From the NCBI RefSeq assembly GCF_001194135.2, contig NC_068982.1, positions 113,794,889-113,858,888 on the forward strand: 64,000 bases of DNA, given 5' to 3'. Below, one piece after another: positions 23,025 through 34,392 of the stretch (position 1 is the first letter of the stretch; every line of letters begins with the position of its first letter). Source of the stretch: Octopus bimaculoides (taxonomy: Eukaryota). The notes beneath the pieces are model-generated. The model made no database searches and was not told the DNA's origin. It was given only the letters and a program-made list of their open reading frames with translations. The translations under genes were made by a program, and so were the position numbers.

Positions 23025-23103
23025 TCACTACCTGGAATCGAACTCGGAATCTTGGGGTTAGTAGCTCGCGCTCTTAAGCACTACGTCAAATGTAAATAAT
23101 GTA
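22781..23103 (-). mobile_element. tRNA-headed, hammerhead-containing short retroposon (family E) with TSD
   Basis: A box 23088-23078, B box GTTCGATTCC 23043-23034, (TAA)n 23020-22960, hammerhead 22915-22870. Flanks tagtataacat (22770-22780) and tagtataatat (23102-23112). Confidence 0.85.
22870..22915 (-). ncRNA. Minimal type I hammerhead ribozyme
   Basis: Minus strand reads GACAC-CUGAUGA-A-GGC(cgggggauauauca)GCC-GAAAC-GUU-GUGUU. Intact catalytic core, stem I GACAC/GUGUU, stem II GGC/GCC, minimal stem III. Predicted cut between 22875 and 22874. Confidence 0.8.
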
Positions 23104-23459
23104 GTATAATATTATTATTAACAATGCTGACAAACAGGTTTGCGTTCATGCAGCGGGCATAATACTTTCTTCTTATCAATAATACTGTGTTAAACTGTTA
23201 TTTATAATTTATAACGAGAAGTTCACAATGCCTACATTGTATAATTTCAGGATATGAACTTAATGTTATAACCATTTTGATGTGGCTGTGGTTAGAAGCT
23301 TGCTTCCCAACCACATGGCTGTGGGTTGAGTCTCACAGCGTGGAACCTTGGACAGGTGGCTTTTGCTATAGCCTCGGGCTGACAAAAGCCTTGTGAGTGG
23401 ATTTGATAGATGGAAACTGAGAAAAACCTGTTTTATGTATGGATGTATAAATATTATAT

Positions 23460-23700
23460 ACCCTAACTCTTCGAAACACTTAGTTTTAGAATGGTGGCAG
23501 CTGATGAAGGAAATGTTCTCTATGTGGTCTGTGTGTTTTCTGTACTCTGTTTATGTTCTGTTTTTCATTTTGTCCAGGTTTTTTTGTGACGTCCTGTATC
23601 CAGATATCCATCTATATATAATGTAGATGTAGGTATGTACATACATGTACGTATATATGCATATACTCACATATTATTTGTATTATATATATATATATAT
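23460..23700. mobile_element. Penelope-type terminal fragment, inverted relative to 21208-21365
   Basis: gctgatgaaggaaatgttctctatgtgg...cgtatatatgcatatactca is the reverse complement of 21222-21362 with divergence. Confidence 0.7.
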
Positions 23701-23772
23701 ATCTTCGGTAAATTATAAATCCGAAAGAGAAGCATACTCTAAATTATAGAGCAGTAGAGTATATAGTTAAAG

Positions 23773-23991
23773 ATAGATATGATTGCTTTATGGAATTACC
23801 CTGGGTTTCACGTCCATAAAGCGCTTAGTTCAGACCCTAAAACCCGTTGGCCTATAGCCTCTCTTCTCTAGAGATGCCACTTGCTACAGAAGCTATAGGC
23901 CAACGGATTTTAGGGTTTGAAGAAACGCTGTAAAGCTAAGCGCTTTATGGACGTGAAACCCAAGGTAACCCTATAAACCATCCATATCTAT
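23773..23991. mobile_element. ~220-bp foldback / MITE-like element
   Basis: Arms 23796-23828 / 23936-23968 (32/33 complementary) and 23829-23858 / 23892-23921 (28/30), plus weaker outer arms. Confidence 0.85.
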
Positions 23992-23998
23992 GTCCATC

Positions 23999-24041
<43 letters not shown>

Positions 24042-24402
24042 GTCTCACCAGCGCTTGACAACCAGTCTTGGTGTGTTTACGTCCCATAACTTTACCTTCG
24101 GGAAAAGAGACCGATAGAATAAGTACCAGACTTCAAGAAAAGGGAAAATAAAGAATGTACTGGTGGTCAATTCATTCTACTAATAATTCTTCAAGGCGGT
24201 ACCCCCAGTATGGCCGCAGTTTAATGACTGAAACAAGTAAAAGATAACATTTTCTTACGCTCTATAATCTCTTGAGTTTTTCCCTTTTCTCTTTATTATG
24301 TTATTCTTTTACCGAACGATTTTCAAAATCATAAAGTGTATAAAATAGAATTAAAAATTAAAAAAACAAACTGGTGTGAGAGTGGATTTGTATAGGCGAA
24401 AA

Positions 24403-24800
24403 CATGGTTGTGTTGTTAAGAAGTTCGCTTCGTAGTCACGTGGTTTCGGGGTCCTTCTGCCTGGTACCTTGAGCACGTATCTTCTACTATAGTCCTGGAT
24501 CGACCAATGCTTTGTGAGTGAATATTGTCGATGGAAACAGTGAAGGCCCGCCGTGTAAACACATGCGCGAGCACGCGTGTATACATACGTATACACGGGC
24601 ACGCGCGTGTGTTTGTCCACCTCCAGCGCTTGACAACTGGTGTTGGTTTGTTCACATACTCATAACTTAACGTTTCGGCAAATGAACTCAGTAGAATAAA
24701 GAGTAATGCTTAAGAAATTAGTTCGATTTGTTCGACTAACCCTACAAGTCGGTGCTCCAGCATGGCTGCAATCCAGTGATTAAAACCAGTAAAAGAGTAT
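24403..24800 (+). mobile_element. SINE family B, full length, diverged
   Basis: Collinear with 6091-6503. Confidence 0.85.
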
Positions 24801-25957
24801 TTTTACCACGAGAAATATCTTACATAATTCGAGTTCTTCAAATTCTATCCAAGACAGTTTCGAGTTTCATGCATTTCAATTTGTAGTAATACAAAGAATC
24901 AAACTGAAAAATGTTTTCTGACTCATAAACGAATCGACATTGTAGTTTTTGTTTTCTGAAAACACCATTTACTATAATTATATATCTGCGTATTATTCTA
25001 ATGATATATCTATGTTTCATTCAAATAATATACCCGCGTATTATTCTATTAATATATTTATATATTATTCTAAAATAAACGGGGAATCAATTTAACCTAG
25101 TATTTTGTATTTCCAAATTTTGTATTTTCGTATGGTAACTAATATTTGTACGAATAATATTTTCGTTCCAGCTCTAAATATTAAATGAATAGATGGCAAA
25201 AACTATTATTAAAGTATACAAGCAACTGAATAAGATTGAAAACATTCAAGATATGTTTCTTTTTTAGTCGGTAGAAGGAAAAATAACGGGTTTTCCGAAA
25301 TAGATCGTACACTGTTCAATCACTCAACTTGTCTGACTGCCTCATATGCGCTTTTATCATTCTATAAGACACGGGAAACCTGTTTGTCTTCTGATGCGAT
25401 TGGAAATCAATTTATATATCTGTTTAGAGAAATAAATTATTAATTTTTATGAGTTGTTGTTTTGCTCCAATTGATATTCATATTCGTTAATAAAATACTG
25501 AAGAAAACTATAACCCAGAAAGAAAAATGTGAGAGAATGCATCTATTTGTCATCAAGCTATTGTTAGTTTTGAATCGCAGTATTACGAAATGCAACATGT
25601 ATTTATTTTGTAATCAGTTAGCAAGGTTTACACGTATATGTATTGCTAGTTGTGTGTGTGTTTAAATATATATATATATATCCTTTAAGTTCGTTTACAT
25701 GAAACGTTTTTCAATATGCATATAAAAGCGCCTATTTTATTATGCCGAGCTGCAATCTAATGATACCAATTGGCATTAGCAGTTTTGTGGGGTTGTACCG
25801 AGCCGTGCCGATATCATGTAGGATAAGCATAATGATAATAATAATAATACTTGTATATATGTATGCGTGTGTGTACGTATGTATGTGTGTGTATACTTGT
25901 ATGTATATATGTATAATTGTATGTATGCATGTGTGTACATATATGTATACTTGTATG

Positions 25958-27087
25958 TAATTATTCAGTTTTATATCAAGATTTCTTACCAATAGAGAAA
26001 GAGCCGGTTTCTAACTTAGATCCAAGGCTCCTTTATTGGAATTTCAACATCAGCAGGGTATTTTTGTATGTATGTATACATGCAGATTTGTATGTTTTGT
26101 TTTATGTATATATTTTAATGCATATAGCTGCATGTCTAGACTTGCTTTCATATATACTTAAATGATAAACGTCTGGAAAGTTTTACAGTTCTATTGATGG
26201 CTTGGATCTTTAGTCTTCGAATCAGCTTTCTCCTATCTGGTTTTGAGTAGCCCAATTTCTCAAGATTGGTACTTAGGCAGTGTGTTACATATCCCAGTGT
26301 CCCAATGATTACAGATGTAAACCTCAACTTGTAATCTGGATATAGTAACTGCAGATTTCTCAAAAGTCCAGCATATGTATTTTCTTTTTCGCTGATCTTT
26401 AGCATTATGTTAACATCCCCTGGGCAGCTGATATCCACAACTGTACACAGTTTCTCTTTATCCTAAATCATTATATCAGCTATTTTGTGTTTACATTTTA
26501 TTGAGGTTTTCACTGGGACATCCCATCAGTGCTCCTTTTTATTATGAGTGGTTATGGCTTCCACCATACTGTGGGTTCTTATTTATTTGTCCTCGGGATT
26601 ATCCTTTCGACGGATCTCGTTATACAGTGACCTAGCTAGAACATCATGTTTCATCCATAGATAATACAGTGATGGCATTTTCGGACAGCTGCTTATGAGG
26701 TGGCTGATATCTTCGATGTTAACTCCACTAAGTTTGCATTGGTTGTTACATTTCATTGCTTTTTCTGCATCTCTGTCCCTTTTGTGCATCAGGTATTTGT
26801 GTGATAGTTCATGTTCCTGGATTGCAAACACATACTCTTCAAAATGGGAGGCAGTAACCCGGTTGTTGGTTCATGATAGACTGCTTTGCTGATCAATGCT
26901 ACTATCACCTCAGAGCTTTCTACTAACATGTCCATGCATGGTTTTCTGCTCATATACGCTCATCCTTTCATCTACTGTTATGTTGCAGTAGAGTCGTGCG
27001 ACTTCTTTGGGTATGTATTTAAGGTTATCAGACAAGGAATGCTACCAAGGAGACTTCCAAATCTTATGATGTTATCAGCCTCGGCGT
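25958..27087 (-). mobile_element. R4/Dong-clade 3' fragment: CCHC finger, restriction-like endonuclease and 3' UTR
   Basis: AIQE...CKLS...EDISHLISSC, KHDVLAR, WDVPV, VVDISCPGD...KENTY, VIIGTLG. 3' UTR ends ...ataaaactgaataatt. Confidence 0.88.
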
Positions 27088-27099
27088 AAGCTTAAATAA

Positions 27100-30000
27100 T
27101 AAACCGAATTTTTATTTAACCAAGTTGGTCTACACAAAGAGGGGACGTTACAGAAACAGACAAGGGATTGGGGAACGAATGATTAACAACATGAAGTTTG
27201 ACATATAGTTAAAAATAAATGAAAAATACGAAAATCGAGTGGATTAAAACAGAATGGAGTGGGGGACGCAGCCAACCCCACAAACCACGTACCAACACTG
27301 AAACTTGGGTTTTTTTTACTTTTGTTCTCACTCAAGGAGGTTCGTTCACTCTCAGCATACTCGCAACAATCTTCCATCTTTTCTCGAATGCCCCTTGCGA
27401 CAAGCATCTCCTTTTCAGTTGGAAAAGGAAAAAGTCACAATCTCTTTCACTCGCGTCTTCTATACTACTTCCTTCCCGATAGCCACTACACAGAAGAAAC
27501 AAACCTGCCCTTCCCTGTTCAGAAAAGACTCGGGTTGTACTCTTCTCAGATATGACAGCAGTTGCTTGACATAAACCCATAGCTCAGAAATCTTCGGATA
27601 CTGCACAATTGCGTGCAGAACAGTTTCTGTTCTTGGGCATGTTGGCGTGGATGAAGGACCATGCCCGTAGAGTTTATTCCGAACAGGTAAGGCTCCTCGG
27701 TAACATTGCCATACCAGGGACTTCTGGTAATTATCCATAGGCTCTGGCCCGAATGTTCTCCGGCACAGGCCGGCAAGTTGACAGTCATCGAAGCCCAGGA
27801 TTTCTCCTAGGGTACCGTTACACTTGAATTCTACCAACCCTCTATAAAACGATGAGGTGTAACTCCCGCCGCCGGCGTTTCCCACCTGGGAGAGGAGCAA
27901 GAGTACCTTACGGCACTCCGCTTGCCAAGCACCTAATTTCGGTCTACGCTTAATCCATGTGTTCAATTCACTAAAAGTGGTGAACTGCGGAAGCAACAGT
28001 CTGACGAACGGTTCCGAAAAGAAACTGTTCACTGTCCAGGTAGAGGCAAAGATACCTCAGCCTCAGCGCATGCCTGCGCCATTTTTAGCCATGGCATCCC
28101 CAGCCCACCCTTCAGCGGTTGCTGGCAGCAAATAGAGCGCCTCACAACAGGTCCCCTGCTCCTCCATAAAAACCTGAAGAGCATGCGTTCCAACTTGTTC
28201 AGCCACGAATCTGGGCAAGGCACGACGGTCAGGCAGTAGATAATTACAGATGCGATAAACACACCTGCAACCTCCGTCCTCACTTTCAGGGATAGCTTCC
28301 GCTCAGACCAAGTCTGAATTAGGAGAGCCACCCTGCTCGCCACCCCGCTCTAGTTCTTCTCTATCTGGAGGTCCGGACCAAACGAAACTCATAGCATTTT
28401 AACCGGTCCGTCCGTCCAACGTCCCACGACGTTGTTGGGCGGCATCGACTTGCTCCTCCCGGTACCAAGTTGCAAGCCGACCGACTTATCCCGGTTAATT
28501 TTTGCTCCTGCCACCGCTTCGTAATCCCTTATGACCTCACCTACCCACTGTAGGCGTTCTACCCGGGATACGATGACGGTGATGTTGTACGCATACATCG
28601 AAACCGATTTTCCACATCCCAGATCTCGCGAGATGCCTCTCATAGCCTCCAAATTCTGCAGCAATGGTTCGAGGGCCAAAACATACAGAGATGGGGAGAG
28701 AGGACACCCTTGACGTACTGAACGCCCAATGCAGAACGGTTCCGAAAAGAAACCGTTCACCCGAACGATCGAATCGATGTTGCTATATAAGCAGTGATCC
28801 ACCCAAAGAAGGTCGGGCCAAATCCGGCCGCCGCAAGGATCGCCGCCAGTTATTGATGGTTAACCCTATCAAACACTTTAGATTGGTATAAATGGACCAT
28901 AGCCCCACCCGCGCCAGGAATTCTATTTACCCTCTCTAAGGTGTAGCGGATAAGATGGAGATTGTCATGAATCGACTTGTCAGGGATGGCGCTGGTTAGC
29001 GCCTCCCCAACAAATTTACCCATAACCTGCGCCAACCTTTTTGCTACCACCCTGGTCAAAATTTTCTTCTCTGCGTTAAGCAGAGTGATGGGCCAAAAAT
29101 TATCAATTACATCCCCCCTTGTTTGGGTCCTTTCTTAGCAGTACCACAACCCACGGCTCACAGACCTAAGAATTCTCCCAATCTGCTGCTAGTTGGTGTA
29201 GACGCATGCTAGTAGGTGCCCAAACAAGTCTGGCATACTGTAATACATGTCGTAGGGGAGACCATCTAGTCCCACCGACTTGTCCCCGCTGCGGTCCGAC
29301 AATGCCTCCTCCATCTCCGCATCTATGATCGGCCCTTCACAGCATTCCGCTTCCCGCCCCGAATGACGTGGCAAACCGGCGAGGAAGTCCGTGATGTCCT
29401 CCCTATGCTCTGGCCCGCCTCTCCTGAAAAGGTGAGTGAGATGCTCGTGAAAAACCTTGCACATCTCCTCGGGTTCGTTTACTGAACGCTCATGTTGGTC
29501 CGTCAAAGACCTTATTGTTGCATTATTGTCTCTACCACGCAAGCCCATCCGGCGACGTTGATTCCCTCATTGTCCCATTGCACGTAACTTAGCCCTGACA
29601 ATGCACTCTTCGAGTTTAGCTTTGAGATGTTGGTCGAGCGCCAACCTCTAAGCTAAAACTCTGGATGCAGAGCCTGACCTCATTGCTTCTTCTAGAGCCT
29701 TAACTAAAGTCCCTTCTATTCTATTTCTATTACTGACTAGCTCCTTACTAAATCTAATTGACTCAAATTTAATGACTCTTTTGAAGGTATACCACCATTT
29801 GTTGTTAATAATGGTACCTGATAATGCCCTCATCACTAACTGCCTAATCCGGTTGCAGTCTAGCTTCCAGTAACCGGGTTCCTGTCTAAGTCAAACTAAG
29901 TCACAAATTTGTGATCACTGTAGTTGACAATATGATGTTGTAGACAAGTAGCTATGTTCTTATTAATTCTAACAATAATCCTATCTAGATAAGATCTAGA

Positions 30001-30580
30001 CCCATTGTTATACCCTCATGTCCATAATGGAATGTCCGAGTGATCCAGTCTGCATCGTTCTGCCAGCTGCAAACGACTTAGCAGACCGTTGATGCAAAGG
30101 TTTCTCCTCTTGTCCAAGTTCGAGCCAACATAATCTACGCGTGCATCGCAGATTGTTAAAATCTCCTAACAACACTAAAGTGTTTGACGTTCCTAGAAAA
30201 TTCTCTCGGCTTCTGTAATAGTCAGACTGCCCAGCTCCGCAAGGAGCATAGACAGCCACCAACCTGAAGAACTTACCAATGTTGTACGTCACATCTAAGA
30301 CGACCAACCTGCCCCCCGGGTCTACAAAGACTGTTCTTACCTCTAAATCCAGATTTTTCCTGCCTAGAACTGCAATTACCCCCTCCATGTTGGCATGGAG
30401 AAATAAATTTCTCGTAGTCATTTAGGAGTGGGGGAAAAAGCCTGCAGTCCACTCAGTCTGGTTTCAGTAGCGACTATTAAATCCAATCTATGCGACCTGA
30501 GGTCTTTAAGGAGGCAGCTTTGCTACCAGTCTGATTCCAGGCCACGTACATTTATACAACCTATATTGAGCTAGTACATA
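27100..30580 (-). mobile_element. Tx1 (L1-clade) LINE, near-complete ORF2 (APE-RT-C-terminal finger), pseudogenised
   Basis: LNIGCINVRGL, ATETRL, LVAVYAP, LLGDFN (APE). GLDGLPY, PITLLNAEKKIL, KVFDRVNH, SVRQGCPLSP (RT). YRGALPVR...CPR..ETVLHAI. AATAAA near 27110. Confidence 0.95.
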
Positions 30581-30959
30581 AGAAAAGCTTTACTAACCTA
30601 TTTTCTTTTCTAGTTTTTTTTTTTAATATTCTTTGAAGAGGGGTGCATGTACTTCCTCCTCCATAGTGTTATGTGGTGTGGTTTGAAGGGTGCTCCCTCA
30701 GAACTGGTTGTACAGATGAGTAGAGAAGGTCTTCTGGAGGGGACCAATGTCTTTGGGGTATTTAGTTTTCAATTTGCCCTATGTTATATTGTCTATGTAA
30801 AGAATATTTACACTTGATGGAATGTTGGGTTTGCTTGATGTGTTGTACGGTTTGGCGTTTAGGACTGTTTGAATCTTTTTCGTGAGTTCAGTGTTATTCA
30901 CATTTATTGCAGTTAGATTTAATATTGTTTCGGGTGGTTGTAGGAGGGGAGACTGGGGT

Positions 30960-31012
30960 TTCTATGTTTGTTGTTTACACACCCGTCTTCGTCTTTTTTT
31001 TTTTGTAAATTC

Positions 31013-31020
<8 letters not shown>
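30960..31020 (+). mobile_element. Penelope-type terminal fragment followed by (TA)n
   Basis: Reverse complement of 15216-15270. Confidence 0.6.
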
Positions 31021-31061
<41 letters not shown>

Positions 31062-31703
31062 GTCAACGAAATATATATATATGTGAATGATAATCACGCA
31101 TACACGCTATACATACGTAGGAGTATATTTGGATCCATACACACATATGCATAAACTCACATCCAAAAAACGTGCCTATACCGCTATATATATAAAAATA
31201 CGTATATAAGCGGACATATTTCTATTTAGATTTCCCCCTCATATATACATCTCTGTTTAAAGTATCAGTTCACTTGTCAAGCTCTCGTTAATATTCATTA
31301 ATCTGATTTCATAGAACTTTTAGTATGAGCGTTGAGCCACTTGAGAATATTCATATACCTTGTTTAAGATTATATTCTTAAAATATTTTCATAGTTTAGA
31401 TCTAACTATAGAAAGATAGGTTTACTTAAGCATAAATGCAATTTGGTTTTCCTTTTAGAATCAAAAGACAAGACTTCTGCTCACTTCCTTGTGATAATTC
31501 TGCACCACTTCTTTCCTCCAGGTAACAGATATATAATTCTCAAACTGAATAATATAGTCTGTAGTTCTGAGCATTAATCACCAAGGAGTGAAACTGGATC
31601 AACTCTATAAACTAATTACCAATGGTATAATATTACGTACTCCTTGATGCATTGTACTCTTTCTTCTGTATTAGAAAGCCTTGTTCTTACTAACAAATTC
31701 ATG

Positions 31704-31740
<37 letters not shown>

Positions 31741-31888
31741 TTTGTATATGTATGTTTGTTTATGTACATATATTTATGTGTATGTGTAGATATATCTATA
31801 TATATATATGCATATCTGTATGTTTATATATATNNNNNNNNNNNNNNNNNNNNNNNNNNNNNNNNNNNNNNNNNNNNNNNNNNNNNNN

Positions 31889-32281
31889 TTTTTACTCTCT
31901 TTTACTTGTTTCAGTCATTTGACTTCGGCCATGCTGGAGTGCCACTTTTTAGTCAAGCAAATCGACCCCAGGACTTATTTTTTGTAAGCCTAGTACTTAT
32001 TCTATCGGTCACTTTTGCCGAACAGCTACATAACGGGGACGTAAACACACCACCATCGGTTGTCAAACGATGTTGCGGGGGACAAACACAAACACACACA
32101 CACACACATATATATGTATACATATATACGACGGGCTTCTTTCAGTTTCCGTCTACCAAATCCACTCACAAGGCTTTGGTCGGCTTGAGGCTATAGTAGA
32201 AGACACTTGCCCAAGATGCCACACAGTGGGACTGAACCCGGAACCATGTGGTTGGTAAGCAAGCTACTTACCACACAGCCA
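31889..32281 (-). mobile_element. SINE family B, full length
   Basis: High identity to the reverse complement of 6091-6503. Confidence 0.93.
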
Positions 32282-32284
32282 TGA

Positions 32285-33020
32285 CGTCTTACCAAATTCG
32301 TCCGATTTGTTCTGCAGCGTTAAGTTGTAGTTACCTATGCCGAGGAGAGGGACGCGACTACTGGAGGCATGGCCAGGTTTTGAAGATCAATGCAGACACC
32401 ATCCGAAGTGGGATTAGCTATTACATGTTCCTCCGCTAACCAAAGAAGTTCATCGCTCTTGTCGGAGCTGACGAGAAGATAATGCCTGCTACCAAGTCTT
32501 TAAAAAACTGTGAGTTGAAAATTGACCTGAAGAAGCATCTGATGTTTCCAGAAACTGTCGCCTCATCATTTCAAAGGTTGGATGTAGTGATGATCTTAGA
32601 AGCATTCAGGCAGGCGGTTCTGTGACAACTCTCCGTTCACTGGAAGGACTGCATCGCGGAGGCTAACGAGAGCCAGGAGAGGAATTATGCTGAGCTAGTA
32701 GAGTTATGCCAAAGCAATGGCGAGCAAACAAGGTGTGATCCCATCGAAATAGGATGCAGAGTATTTGCAGGCCAGTCCCTCTACAGGATGCACAAGATAT
32801 CAGGGGCCGCTAGGCAGAAGTCCGGCATGTGGAGGCTATAGATCAGGTAGCTATAAACCAGGAGATGCACTGGAAGAAGCACTGCTACTAAGTGTACAGA
32901 GGCCGAGGCTTGATCAAGCCTGGCTAGGTCACCTGGTTAGTGTGTCTAATGTTGAAAGAACCGAAACGCCTAATTACCCCTGGAAACATCACTGATTGTG
33001 TGTTCAGTTGCATCACAGGA
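32285..33020 (+). mobile_element. Hero-clade RLE non-LTR retrotransposon, 3' fragment with 3' UTR
   Basis: LSC...GEGRDYWRHGQVLK.ADTI, DLKKHLMFP, QLSVHWKDCIAEANE...YAELVELCQSNG...CDPIEIGCRVFAGQSL. UTR with gttgaaagaaccgaaacgcc...catcactga. Confidence 0.85.
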
Positions 33021-34202
33021 TGATGTAAGGAAAATCTCTATGTGTGCGTGTGTGTGTGTGTATTATATAAAGAAACAAAGTGCTTCACGAAGTAATGCAA
33101 AAGGTGCGCCGGAAGGCGCAGTACGTTACCTAAAGCTACAAAGACTCCACTTCTATCTCAGACGTGGTTAGACTAACTTCATAACATTAGATCGGGAAGT
33201 GTGCCGAGCCTGAACGCTATATGTAAAAAAAAAAAAAAAAAAGTAACTCTGAAGAGGAAAGCTAACTGTATTTGTGGCGAAACTAAACATTCAAGCTCAC
33301 GGAATTGATGTTTTGCAGGTCTTCTGAAATATGCCTGCAAAGGAAAATATTTATTAAAAACCAGAATGGCTTATACTTCAGTCTGTCTATTAATAATTAA
33401 ACATAAAATACTTGATTCATAAATACCTATCTCTTCAGTGTTTAAAAAAAACAAAAAACAGAATTGGAACATTAATATTTTGAAAGTATTTGTTTATTTT
33501 ATTAAGCAATAGCTATTTCTCCCCCTTTCTTTTCATAACTCTTTTCTGAGATTGTAATCTGTGTATACAGCTAAATGTTGTGTTCGTAAAGACATACTTA
33601 ACTAATTTCTCCGAAATTACAGTCAACACAGCTGTTTTCAGTCAAGTTCCTTCATCTCCATTAGTTTGTCAAACTTGTCAGTAACGTACTATATAACACT
33701 CGCCTGCTGCCTCAGCCGCTCATTGGGTACGATTGAGTAAGCAATAAATTCCAAACCAAATGTTTGTTCTTAATCCTTAAATAATTCCAGGAACTTATAT
33801 GCTTATATTATCTGTACATCCGGTGCTACTATTTTTTCTTTATTTCATATATTGGGATTTTTTTTTTTTTTGTTTATTTTTGGTTAGTTTAGGAATACAC
33901 AGTAGTTTCTCCTAGACTATTCTCTTGGTATTGATCCTATTATGAATATTAAAAGAAAAGTGAAAACTAGAGTTACCTTATACTCATGTTAGAAATCTTT
34001 GTTTTATGATAACTGCCAAATGTTATAGTGTTGTACACTCCTGTTCATGTTAATGGGGAAAAGCTAAGCTGCCTAGAACTAACTTATTTTTATTACTAAT
34101 TTATGTATTCTTGAAAATTTCAGAGAATATACAGAATATACCAATAACCGAGCTTTCTACTGAATCGATTATATTGGTGTAGCAATAGATAAAGATGCTG
34201 GT

Positions 34203-34392
34203 GTTGTTGTTTAGCTCCATGTCAGTCCTAACTGAGTAGATGCGTTTCGGTTATAACCATTCCATCTTCCCTGTTATATTATATGTCTAGTAGTACATTC
34301 TCTCTCTCTCTCTTTTCAATTTGGTAGGCCGTAATGGGGATTAAATTTCATGGATATTTTTAGCAGCCCGTGTGACCACAGGAAGGAACCCA
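34203..34392 (-). mobile_element. Family F, decayed near-full-length copy
   Basis: Tail gttgttgtttagctcca. Head on minus reads tcc-ttcctgt-ggt-cacac-gg-gctgcta. Confidence 0.55.

Larger units (their letters stand above)
23281..24248 (+). mobile_element. SINE family B split by nested insertions (5' half 23281-23440, 3' half 24001-24248)
   Basis: Head/CORE half and tail half are collinear with 6091-6503, with the break in the central microsatellite. Confidence 0.75.

Noticed and set aside
23020-23090. tRNA gene candidates (also heads at 38035, 41262, 42601, 47477)
   Set aside because: A/B boxes are present but there is no complete cloverleaf; these are SINE heads.
23500-23510. Other CTGATGA occurrences (23501, 21356-21362 minus, ~42393, ~46432)
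   Set aside because: No correctly placed stem II and GAAA, so no hammerhead can be folded.
30620-30950. Possible second APE-domain relic upstream of Tx1 (LTAINVNN...GGGS)
   Set aside because: Only loose motif resemblance; could be decayed Tx1 ORF1 or chance.
31459-31521. 63-nt plus-strand exon candidate (ttttag | ... ccag | gtaaca)
   Set aside because: Two frames are open but neither is recognisable; needs RNA-seq.
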